NCBI RefSeq assembly: GCF_001194135.2
Contig: NC_068981.1
Coordinates: forward strand, 82,728,512-82,786,999
DNA: 58,488 nucleotides
DNA from: Octopus bimaculoides
Lineage: Eukaryota
Direction: 5' to 3'
The translations under genes and the position numbers were made by a program. Positions 41,001-51,879 of this stretch are shown here, in pieces. The notes below the pieces were generated by a model that saw only the letters and a list, made by a program, of their open reading frames with translations, was not told the DNA's origin and did not search any database. Position 1 is the stretch's first letter. Every line of letters starts with the position of its first letter.

Positions 41001-41367
41001 GCTAAAATCTGAAGAATTTGATTAAACAATATAAGGAAGAAATGCGGAGTGGCAACAAACAATATTGAAGGATAAATTATGCTACGAAGTCTTAATCAAG
41101 TCAGAAAACTCACATGCTTCATATATCATGCACAATATTTAAACACATCCAAATTTGAGAAAACGTCAAATGGTGCAATTATTTAACAGTAGCAGTGACT
41201 GAAATTGACCAAGAGGAAGCAGCGTAATATTATGGCATGAATTTCCTGAAAAACTATTACGAACTTTTGTTTTTCCGGGTTTTCTGCTTGATTATATTTA
41301 TACTCATTTCTGTAAAGGTATTCCATAAACGCATTGGTGCCATTAACAATTGCCCGCCTGTCTTTTA

Positions 41368-41428
<61 letters not shown>

Positions 41429-41990
41429 GCGTGTGTCTGTGTGTGAGCATAAAAAATTACTAGGAAAGAAAAAACTGGTTCCTGACAAAGATACACAAAG
41501 GTACAAAACTCCATCATTGGAATGTGGGTAACAAAAGCAATGTCACATGTTGAACTTGAGAAATTACATAATTTTGCTGTTTCGCTTTCACATTGTATTT
41601 GTAATGTGCATGTCAGCCGGTTGATTCCTTTTTCTGAAAAACCTAGCTTTTTTGTCACTAACAAAAGCAAATTGCACCAATTGTAATTCTTACAAATGTG
41701 AATTCATAACCTGAGTAAAGAAGGTGGAGGTTCCGAAAGAATTTTCCGTACTTATCCTCTTTCTCTTTGATCTTCGAAAAAGATTCCACGTCAGTTGAGC
41801 AGCTGTCTTATATGACGGTACTTAGATGTTGTCGATTCCAGACAACTGCATCCGGCTTGATATGCTTCCATTTTGATAAAATTTCTGTTGCGGCATGTTC
41901 CACCAACATTCCTTGTGCTGATTTTTTAATATATGTATTCAATAAGAGGAGAATTCTCTATATTGATTCCAGGTCAATTTTGTTTTATCT

Positions 41991-42807
41991 GGATCTTTTT
42001 GGTTTAACGGGCAACATTTTTCATTAATGTTTTATGTAGGGTTTTTGGTACCGAAACACTTTCAAACTTCGTATACTTGTATATTTTGTATTATAGAACA
42101 GATAAAATTTTTTGTATTCGAAGTTATTTCATGTAAAAAAAATTGTCGTATTTCGGTAATTTCAACCAATCACTGACGTCTATTGAGGTGAAAACAATTA
42201 ATGCCGTGGAATGTAAACAACGATGTCATGGGATCTTTTCCCTTTAATAAAATTAGTGACGTTGTTTGTCAACAACAACTACCCGTGTTACTCTTATTTA
42301 TGACATCGTTCGTGCGTTTGTACTGGTTTTAGCTTTAGGGTTTTAGAGTTAGGGTTAGTTTTAGGATTACGGTTAGGGTTATGATTATTTTTGCCATAAC
42401 CTCACTCGTAACCCTAACCCTAAAACTCATAACCATAACCTTAATCCTAACCCCAACCCTAACCCTAAAACCCTAACCCTAACTCTAAAACCCGAACCCT
42501 AACCCTAAAACGCTAAACATTTACTAGGGAATAATGATATAATTAAACAGGGAATAACACTCTTGACACCGGTAAAAATTATTGTTTATAAAAAGAGCAC
42601 TAACTGTATTCAGCTGAATAGACGTCTGTGATTGGTTGAAATTACAGAAATACGACAACTTTAACATGAAAGAACTTATTAAGAACTCATTTTTGTTAAG
42701 AAGGCTAAGAGAAAAGAAATGTTTTATATGACACATTCTACCAGTATCCCAAGTTTGAAAGTGTTTCGTTAAGAAAACAAGTGTTGCCCGTCAAACCAAA
42801 AAGATCC
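41991..42807. mobile_element. 817-bp palindromic element with an inverted telomere-like core
   Basis: Outer arms GGATCTTTTTGGTTTAACGGGCAACA / TGTTGCCCGTCAAACCAAAAAGATCC; inner pairs CGAAACACTTTCAAACTT / AAGTTTGAAAGTGTTTCG and GTCGTATTTC..CAACCAATCAC / GTGATTGGTTG..GAAATACGAC. Confidence 0.88.
42326..42517. repeat. Degenerate interstitial telomere-like repeats, (TTAGGG)n then (CCCTAA)n
   Basis: TTTAGGGTTTTAGAGTTAGGGTTAG..GGTTAGGGTT, a short spacer, then AACCCTAACCCTAAAA..AACCCTAACCCTAA. Confidence 0.9.
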
Positions 42808-44583
42808 TTTTATCTAGAATGTCGTGTTGCATTGGTAGCTAATACTTTGATGACATTTCGGGGGAAAGGCTGATTACGTGTGTTGTTTTCCATATAAATG
42901 CGACGTAATGGGCATTTTCGATTTCTTTGTGGTATGATCGTCCAGCCGTCTGGTGGTTCTATGGAATTTCGTCAAGAAGGGTGTATTTTCTGATAGCTTC
43001 CTGCCGACATATAAGATGTTTTTTTTATATTTTAAATATATAAAAACAACCCCAATCACTACCTACTCGACTAGTTACTATCATACTATCCTGCATTTTA
43101 TTATTACTATTTCTCTTCTCCTCCCCATCCCTCATCTCCTCCGTCATCTTCTTCCTTTCCACCACCTCCTCCCTTACTTTATTACTACTACTGCTGTTTA
43201 GAATAACACCTACGCAAACATTATGAATAATACAGATCACTACGACCATCAACAGGTCAATGTCAGGACACCCAACCAATTAACACTCTGCTACTATCAT
43301 AGCACTCCTTCTTACAAATTGGAGACCAGCGTCTCCAATTGTAAGTAGTTTTTCGTAACTTCATATTTTCCGACGCTACTCTATCTCTTTCTCTTTCTCT
43401 TCCTCTATCATTTCACTCCCCTCCCTCGTTCGTCCTCTTTACTACTACGTATCTCGCCTTACCCATCTCGTTCTTCCTCTGTTACTACTACGTATCTCTT
43501 TTTCCCCCTCGTACTTCCTCTCTTTCTCTTTTCCTCTCGTTGCTCACCTATTCTTCTACTTCCTCCCTTTGTTTCTCCCTCTGCCACTCTCTCTCTTCCC
43601 CTTACACCGGCATGGTCACATGCTTCCGGTCAATAATCCTTTTCTTCCTTGGCTGTCGCCGAGCTAACACGCGAACCTCTTTGTCCCTACTTTCAAGTTC
43701 GTGTCTCACAGCGTTCATACACAAACAATTTTTCTCGTCTGGCCGTAAAGCNNNNNNNNNNNNNNNNNNNNNNNNNNNNNNNNNNNNNNNNNNNNNNNNN
43801 NNNNNNNNNNNNNNNNNNNNNNNNNNNNNNNNNNNNNNNNNNNNNNNNNNNNNNNNNNNNNNNNNNNNNNNNNNNNNNNNNNNNNNNNNNNNNNNNNNNN
43901 NNNNNNNNNNNNNNNNNNNNNNNNNNNNNNNNNNNNNNNNNNNNNNNNNNNNNNNNNNNNNNNNNNNNNNNNNNNNNNNNNNNNNNNNNNNNNNNNNNNN
44001 NNNNNNNNNNNNNNNNNNNNNNNNNNNNNNNNNNNNNNNNNNNNNNNNNNNNNNNNNNNNNNNNNNNNNNNNNNNNNNNNNNNNNNNNNNNNNNNNNNNN
44101 NNNNNNNNNNNNNNNNNNNNNNNNNNNNNNNNNNNNNNNNNNNNNNNNNNNNNNNNNNNNNNNNNNNNNNNNNNNNNNNNNNNNNNNNNNNNNNNNNNNN
44201 NNNNNNNNNNNNNNNNNNNNNNNNNNNNNNNNNNNNNNNNNNNNNNNNNNNNNNNNNNNNNNNNNNNNNNNNNNNNNNNNNNNNNNNNNNNNNNNNNNNN
44301 NNNNNNNNNNNNNNNNNNNNNNNNNNNNNNNNNNNNNNNNNNNNNNNNNNNNNNNNNNNNNNNNNNNNNNNNNNNNNNNNNNNNNNNNNNNNNNNNNNNN
44401 NNNNNNNNNNNNNNNNNNNNNNNNNNNNNNNNNNNNNNNNNNNNNNNNNNNNNNNNNNNNNNNNNNNNNNNNNNNNNNNNNNNNNNNNNNNNNNNNNNNN
44501 NNNNNNNNNNNNNNNNNNNNNNNNNNNNNNNNNNNNNNNNNNNNNNNNNNNNNNNNNNNNNNNNNNNNNNNNNNNNNNNNNNT

Positions 44584-44871
44584 AGCCAGGCTCATGGGCC
44601 CGGTTTCCCGGTTTCTATGGCGTATGTGTCCCTCCCCCCAGCTGGACAGGACGCCAGTCCATCGCAGCGTTACTCAAGAAACAGGAAGATGAGTGAGAGA
44701 AAGTTGGGGCCAAAGAGTACAGCAGGGTTCGCCACCATCTCCTGCCGAAGCCTCGTGGAGCTTTAGGTGTTTTCGCTCAATAAGCACTCACAACGCCCGG
44801 TCTGGGAATCGAAACCGCGATCCTCCGACCGCGAGTCCGCTGTCCTAACCACTGGGCCATTGTGCCTCCAC
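44584..44871 (-). mobile_element. Well-preserved tRNA-derived SINE with a V-domain-like segment (family C)
   Basis: A box TGGCCCAGTGG (44849-44859), B box GGTTTCGATTCC (44805-44816); GCGATGGACTGGCGTCCTGTCCAG resembles the V-SINE V domain. CpG-rich; ends at the gap. Confidence 0.8.
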
Positions 44872-46046
44872 AAGGCAGTTCATGCTAAAGAATAAATCAT
44901 CTGGTACTAAATGTGATGGCGCTGAATGTCTTCAAAATAAATGTCTTATATTAAAGGATCAGAACACGAGGTTTTGTCAACGCGCTGAATATGTCTTCTA
45001 TATATCTTCATTGCAGTTTATATGCTTTCTAATTCACAATGTTTCTAACCTTTTCCAGATTTTTCCAACATAACTTTAATGTTCGCCTGCTTTTCCTTGT
45101 TTTTCGATTTTTCAAATTTTTAACTTATTTTTCTTAGCCTAACCAAAATTTCTTTAAAATTTAAAGATTCCTTTTTCTTGAGAAACGCATACGTGTGTGT
45201 ACGAATGCACTCGCAATCTTATGTCTGTGACTGCATATATTTTTTCAATCTTTCAGATTGTGCATATATGTACCACCCTTTACGTATACATACAAACATA
45301 TACATACATACAAGCATGTATANNNNNNNNNNCATATAGGAGTCCACTTTTGCTGGTCATTCCTCTTATTTTTGTATGTATACATATATATAAAAACACA
45401 TACATGTATAACACACACACGCAACCATACACATTCACTTATACACTACGTGTGTGTGTGTCTGTGTGCCTGTGTGTCTGTGTGTGTGTGCGACGCGCTT
45501 TTTATATCTTTGTGGGAATAATAATGAGCAATACGTATTTCTTTATGTATGCTTTGACTTATGTAATTCACGTTGTAATTGTATATATGACTGTTTATTC
45601 TGAAATTTATGTATGTCGATATGAATATTGATACCGCACATGTTTAAAGGGCTAATCTTGCTTTTTCTTTTATCACGTATATGTATTACATTCACCCACC
45701 CAGTTTTTTTTATGCTGTCTGCAATAAATCAAATAATTGCTTCACTCTCACATAGTCAACATCACCAACACGAACACCAACATGAATCTCAATATGAACA
45801 ACAACAGCAACACCAAGATTACTATTAACAGCATCAACTCTAAACACACCCATTAATTTGTATTGTTTTCCTCGGGTGTGGATGTTTCTTCATAATAGTT
45901 TCGATACATATCATAACACATTCCTTATTGATAGTTAATCTTGTCTGACATAAGTCACAATTACCAGCTACATACTTCAAAATACGTAATATATGTACAT
46001 CTATGTATGTGCGAGTGTTTGTGCGTTGTGTATTCATTTGTGTGTG

Positions 46047-46085
<39 letters not shown>

Positions 46086-46089
<4 letters not shown>

Positions 46090-47006
46090 TATTTTTATAT
46101 AAACTTAAAACTTATGGCGATCACCGTGCAATGACCAAGGAAAAGAGTCAAATAACGGGACATATAAGCCCACGACAGAAAAAAACAGAAGGATTTCCTA
46201 TCCGCGTGTGACTCGAACTCCACATCCTTTTGATAAAGCGACTAAGTCTGTTACCTTTACACCAGTGAATTAGTCTACCCTTTTCCGTCAAATTTAAGAA
46301 CTATATTAGNNNNNNNNNNNNNNNNNNNNNNNNNNNNNNNNNNNNNNNNNNNNNNNNNNNNNNNNNNNNNNNNNNNNNNNNNNNNNNNNNNNNNNNNNNN
46401 NNNNNNNNNNNNNNNNNNNNNNNNNNNNNNNNNNNNNNNNNNNNNNNNNNNNNNNNNNNNNNNNNNNNNNNNNNNNNNNNNNNNNNNNNNNNNNNNNNNN
46501 NNNNNNNNNNNNNNNNNNNNNNNNNNNNNNNNNNNNNNNNNNNNNNNNNNNNNNNNNNNNNNNNNNNNNNNNNNNNNNNNNNNNNNNNNNNNNNNNNNNN
46601 NNNNNNNNNNNNNNNNNNNNNNNNNNNNNNNNNNNNNNNNNNNNNNNNNNNNNNNNNNNNNNNNNNNNNNNNNNNNNNNNNNNNNNNNNNNNNNNNNNNN
46701 NNNNNNNNNNNNNNNNNNNNNNNNNNNNNNNNNNNNNNNNNNNNNNNNNNNNNNNNNNNNNNNNNNNNNNNNNNNNNNNNNNNNNNNNNNNNNNNNNNNN
46801 NNNNNNNNNNNNNNNNNNNNNNNNNNNNNNNNNNNNNNNNNNNNNNNNNNNNNNNNNNNNNNNNNNNNNNNNNNNNNNNNNNNNNNNNNNNNNNNNNNNN
46901 NNNNNNNNNNNNNNNNNNNNNNNNNNNNNNNNNNCTTTATTAGACTATTTTCCTTAGTCATTGCATGGTGATCGCCATAAGCTTTAAGCTTATATAAAAA
47001 TACCAT
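46086..47006. mobile_element. Inverted-repeat-bounded element spanning gap 46310-46934
   Basis: ATGGTATTTTTATATAAACTTAAAACTTATGGCGATCACCGTGCAATGACCAAGGAAAA (from 46086) is inverted at TTTTCCTTAGTCATTGCATGGTGATCGCCATAAGCTTTAAGCTTATATAAAAATACCAT (to 47006). Confidence 0.65.
46200..46270 (-). pseudogene. tRNA-like sequence (tRNA pseudogene or SINE head)
   Basis: Minus strand: A box TGGTGTAAAGG, B box/T arm TGTGG-AGTTCGAG-TCACA, partial acceptor stem ATTCAC/GCGGAT; anticodon arm degenerate. Confidence 0.55.
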
Positions 47007-47073
47007 TATTATTATTTACAGGATTGTAAAATACGGCACCGTATAACAAAGCCATTCGCACCGAAAGCATATA

Positions 47074-47143
<70 letters not shown>

Positions 47144-47312
47144 CGTGTGTGCGTGCATGTGTGTAAGCAGGATTTGGGTTACTTGAAATATATTTGTCAT
47201 ATATTTCAACTCTTAAAAAGCAAATACACTGCAGTTACCGTGGAAAAAAATCTCTCTTATAGGAAAAAGGTGTGAAAACAGCCAGTTCGTCTAGTGTCGC
47301 CATCTGTTAGGA

Positions 47313-47359
47313 ACCTCAGACATCGATGTTTCGAGTTTTTTTACTCTTGTCAATGAGAT
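47313..47359 (-). ncRNA. Candidate minimal type I hammerhead ribozyme, U3-A8 core variant
   Basis: Minus strand: ATCTCA-TTGACAA-GAGT(AAAAAA)ACTC-GAAA-C(ATCGAT)G-TC|TGAGGT. Stem I 6 bp, stem II 4 bp, palindromic stem III. Confidence 0.7.
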
Positions 47360-47600
47360 GTACCTAAGAGAGACTTCTTTATGATGATCATAAGATCTGA
47401 TATAGAAGGACAATACAGGACAATACAAACTATTAAAAAGAAATACTCAGCGAGTTTTTTTCAGTTCGTTTTTTTGTTACACAAAAATATATCAAGTTAA
47501 AAATAGATGGTTTATATGATTTAAAAATTTAGATTTCCTTTACATTTTTCCTTGTTGGTCTACTGTCCAACGGCTACACTTTTTTTTTCCTCACGGTAGA

Positions 47601-49137
47601 TTAAGTACGGACACTCACTCCCAACTTCCTTACCACATCCGTCCATCTTTTCTCATATATACTTTTAGACAGGTGCCTCCTCTCCAGCCCTATCTTGCTT
47701 TTCAAGTAGTAAAGCATTCCAGGGCTGGAGATGAAGACCCCTGACTGCTTACTTTGCATTCTGGATCTCCATGCACACTCTTTCTTAACTGCCACAGAAA
47801 ACAAGCCTCACCTTCCTTGGACAGTCCGGTAGGCGGTACATTCTAGATCACAGACTTAGCCGATAGCTGTACTCTTCCCAGATGTTACAACACGTGTTCT
47901 TCGTAAATTATCATCTCCGAAAGACGGTTGCACTGTACAAGAGCGTGCAGGATAGTTTCCCTATCCTGCCAATATTTTGGACATTCGGGTGGCACTGCAA
48001 TTCCGTGCCTAGACAATTTATCGTGAACGAGTAATGCATCCGTGCTTGGCTTGGAGGTGACAGAATAATACCGTTCTCGCTGCCAACACTCTGGATGCAG
48101 AACCTGATGCTATGGCCTCCTCTAACTCCTTAGTTAATTGCCCTTCTATTCTAGTCCCCTCTAAACTTAGTTCTTTACTAAATCTAAGAGACTCTAATTG
48201 AATGGCTCGTTTGAGGGCGCTCTACCATCTGTTATTCACGATGGCACCGCATAATGCCCTCTGTATTAACTGCCTAATCCGGGTACGGAAGACTTTACTA
48301 GTCAAAATAGACTTGTTCATCTTTCAGTACCCGGGTCCCTGCCTATGACAATTAACTAACTGCACCTCCACGTCACAAATTTGTGATCCGTGTAGGAGGC
48401 ACAGTAAAAATGTGGACAACTAACTATATCCTTATCACTATCTTTTATAATCACCCTATCTAAGTAAGACCTGAGTGAACCATCGTTGTTAGACCATGTC
48501 CACTGTGGAACGAGCGGTTCATCCAGTCTGTATCGGTCTACTAGTTTATAGCTTGCTAGTAGCCTTTTTAGGCTAGGACTTCCTTTTCTGTTATTCGAGC
48601 CAACAATATTCACCCGCGCATTAAGAATAGTGTTGAAGTCTCCTGTTAAAGCTAAAGTTTTCGACGTTACTAGGAAATTCTCCAAGTCTCGAAAGAAATC
48701 CTTTTGTCTATTCTCTTTCGGAGCATAGACTGCTACCAACCTGAAGGACTGTTTACTCACGTGTGTCATATCTAGAACGACCAGCCTACCTTCTGGGTCT
48801 AGAAAGGCTGCACTTACCTGTACGTCCAAGCTTTTTTTGAACAGCACCACAACGCCCCCACCCCCTCCTTGACTTGGAGAAGTAAATTTCTCGTAATCAT
48901 TCAGAAGAGGCGAGAACGCCTGTGGGCCGTTCAGCTTGGACTGAGTCACTACACATATATCTAACTTTCGTGACCTGAGGTCGTTCAGGAGACATGTCTG
49001 CTTCCATTTCGGCCCCAGGCCACGCACATTTATACACCCTAACTTAATCATCATGATAGAAAATTAAAAACATTTATCTTCTTATTCTTGAGGAGGGGGT
49101 TCACGACTTTCGTCGTCCCCTCCTTCTGTTTTCTTTT
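47601..49137 (-). mobile_element. Tx1/L1-clade LINE, 5'-truncated, reverse transcriptase domain deleted
   Basis: In order: ORF1 C-terminus (DEKKTEGGDDESREPPPQE*), APE endonuclease ORF, frameshifted GPGY*KMNKSIL tether region, then a jump at about 48036-48041 to the C-terminal region (DALLVHDKLSRHG..ECPKYWQDRETILHALVQC..EKRW). No RT motifs in between. Confidence 0.9.
48356..49054 (-). CDS. APE-type endonuclease domain of LINE ORF2 (232 aa, ended by a frameshift)
   Basis: Motifs INVRGL, AVYAP, LTGDFN, WTW, LDRVII and TDHKFV are in the canonical exonuclease-endonuclease-phosphatase order. The usual (Q/T)ET motif reads TQS, suggesting loss of the metal-binding Glu. Confidence 0.9.
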   Translation of the reverse strand: MMIKLGCINVRGLGPKWKQTCLLNDLRSRKLDICVVTQSKLNGPQAFSPLLNDYEKFTSPSQGGGGGVVVLFKKSLDVQVSAAFLDPEGRLVVLDMTHVSKQSFRLVAVYAPKENRQKDFFRDLENFLVTSKTLALTGDFNTILNARVNIVGSNNRKGSPSLKRLLASYKLVDRYRLDEPLVPQWTWSNNDGSLRSYLDRVIIKDSDKDIVSCPHFYCASYTDHKFVTWRCS

Positions 49138-49240
49138 CGTCGACCCCGGAAAGATCAAAGGCAACGTCGACTTCTGCGCAATTTGAAATCAGAATGTAAA
49201 GGCGGGGGAAAGACGCTAAACATCTCTGGCATACTAACGA
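49138..49240 (-). mobile_element. SINE family A head fragment abutting the LINE 5' end
   Basis: GTCGACCCCGGAAAGATCAAAGGCAACGTCGAC..AATTTGAAATCAGAATGTAAAG..GCTAAACAT..CTAACGATT is colinear with other family A copies. Confidence 0.75.
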
Positions 49241-49947
49241 TTTTAATGTTTACGAAGTGAAAATGCTCCTCACATATATATATGTATATGGATGCGTGTG
49301 TGAGTGTGCGTGTGTGCGCGCGGCGTGTAATTATATAAGCGGCCGAGCTGGTAGAATCGGCAGAGCTTTTGAAAAAAGGCTTAGCGTGTCTTTAAGTTTG
49401 AAAGTTCAAACTAACCGAAGACATTTTTACCTTCCATCATTTCGAGCGAAAAGTACCCGCCAAATACATTTCGATGCGGTGGGCTATTTCTCCACCACAA
49501 TAATTGCTGACAGTGTCTCAAAATTTGAAGCTATTATCATCAAAGAGGCATGCGTGCTGAATCCTTAGCGCGTCAAGAAAAAAAAAAAATTGCAGATCGG
49601 CATCTCTACTGGCAGTTTACATTCTGAGTTCAAATCGAAAATTGCATTTCATCTTTTTTTAGGTTCATAAAACAACCAATGATTTACTGGTATAGAGAGA
49701 ACTGACTAACCTCTCTCCCCTTCAAATGATTGGTGTTTTACCAAATTCTGAAATTATTACTACATTTACATACAATTATTCATACTTATATGTATGTTTC
49801 TTCAAACTTTTAAATATTGGAGTTGACATGCAATCAAATGTGTTAGTAATGCTATATATATGCTATATATATATAGCATATACGTATATATGTTATGTAT
49901 AATATACATTCATACATACATACATACATGCATGCATACATGCAAAT

Positions 49948-49978
<31 letters not shown>

Positions 49979-50263
49979 ATATGTAATTGTATATATAATT
50001 ATATTGATAGGTGTGTATATGTATACATGTTATTTATGTATATGACAATATGTGTATACATGTATGTATTTATACACACACACACACACACACACACACA
50101 TAATACATACACACACATAATACATACACACACGTTTATGCGGAATATGTTCATTTTTGTGTATAAAATGGAACCACGCGTATTTCCGTGTATATACTCT
50201 GGTATACATAATTATGCTTGTGTTTACGTGTGAGTGTAAGTGACATATATCAGGATGTCTACT

Positions 50264-50301
<38 letters not shown>

Positions 50302-51104
50302 TGTGTGTGTGTTGATACGGATGTTGACAACCCACATGTATAGGAGTATTATCTTACTTTCTCTTTCATCACACGTATGTATTACATTCACCCACCCAAT
50401 TTTATATGTTGACTGTAATAAATCAAATAACAGCTCCCTACCCCACATCGGCTACAACAATAACAACAACAGGTATATCAACCACAACAACAACATGAAC
50501 ACCAAAGATTACTATTAACAGCATTAACAGGAACACAACCACGGATTTGTATTAATTGTTTTTGGCTTTATGCGTGTATGTGTGTGTGTATGTGTGTGTG
50601 TATGTGTGTGCTTCTGTGTGTGTGTGTGTATGTGTGTGTGTGTATGTGTGTGTGTGTATGTGTGTGTGTGGAAGAGACAGGAGGCAGACAGTGATTGTGA
50701 GAGGTGGTTGGTTTCTCTTCTTCCTGGTGTCTTGGATACATATGAAAATAATAAAAACCGTATTGGTGGATATTCTTGGATAGTATAACACATGTATACA
50801 TACATGTGTACATACACAAATTTCCCTCTTTTACTCTTTTTTAGACATGTCTGTAACTTCACTGGATGTATGTACATATGTATATAAATGTATACATATT
50901 TACGTATTTGTACTAATACACGTATAAGTACACACACACATATATATATATATATACATGCATGCATGCATAGACGCATACATACATCCATTCACACATA
51001 CTACAAACATGCATACATACATACATATGTGTGGGTGTGTGTGTGGGTGTGAAGCGACAAGGTGTGTGACAGAGAGGGAAAAATAGAAAGAGAGGGAGAG
51101 AGAA

Positions 51105-51119
51105 AGAAAGAAAAAGAAA

Positions 51120-51181
<62 letters not shown>

Positions 51182-51200
51182 AATAAAGAAAGAAAGAAGG
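51105..51200. repeat. (AAAG)n microsatellite
   Basis: Directly visible. Confidence 0.95.
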
Positions 51201-51879
51201 AAAGAAATAGAGTAACAAGTGTCTTTTAAAATGCGGAAACTGGCTGACAAACTTGTAGAGATTAGTATATAAATTTCTATGCAATGGATATCAACGTTTG
51301 ACTGTTGTTTTCTTTATGTTTTCTACTTTTTCTGACCTCTTACATACGACCAACTTGTTAAATTTATTAAATATGTACTACATTTGTTTCATGCGTGAGT
51401 ANNNNNNNNNNNNNNNNNNNNNNNNNNNNNNNNNNNNNNNNNNNNNNNNNNNNNNNNNNNNNNNNNNNNNNNNNNNNNNNNNNNNNNNNNNNNNNNNNNN
51501 NNNNNNNNNNNNNNNNNNNNNATATATATATATATACAGAGAGAGAGAGAGAGAGAAATAACTAAAGAAAGAGGTGTACATGGGTGTATTTACGCGTGTT
51601 TCCGTCGTTGAACCACGGTTCGAACGAGTAGAGAAAAGTACCCATGTACTGATTTCCTTTTACTCGCTCAAGGGACAAGTTCTTCACGCACCAAAAAGCA
51701 TCTGTCACTTTAATGGTTTGAAGCTGGATTCCATTTTTGTATAGTCTCAAAATATAGTCGCAAACGGAAGCAATTTCTCAACCAGTTGTAATCATTAATT
51801 TACTTAAGACTTCATGCCTGGTAAGAAGAAAAGCTTCATATGTTATTTGCAACACTAGTCTTAGTGAAGTGAGCTGATA

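Noticed and set aside
47289-47311. CTCF-like motif (CTAACAGATGGCGACAC, minus strand)
   Set aside because: A single short imperfect match inside repeat-like DNA; no binding evidence is obtainable from sequence.
49860-51284. Many overlapping ORFs rich in HT/CV/YI/FL repeats (also 18872-19298, 36532-36922, 41183-41670, 58086-58470)
   Set aside because: Translations of (CA)n, (TA)n, (ACAT)n and (AAAG)n microsatellites.
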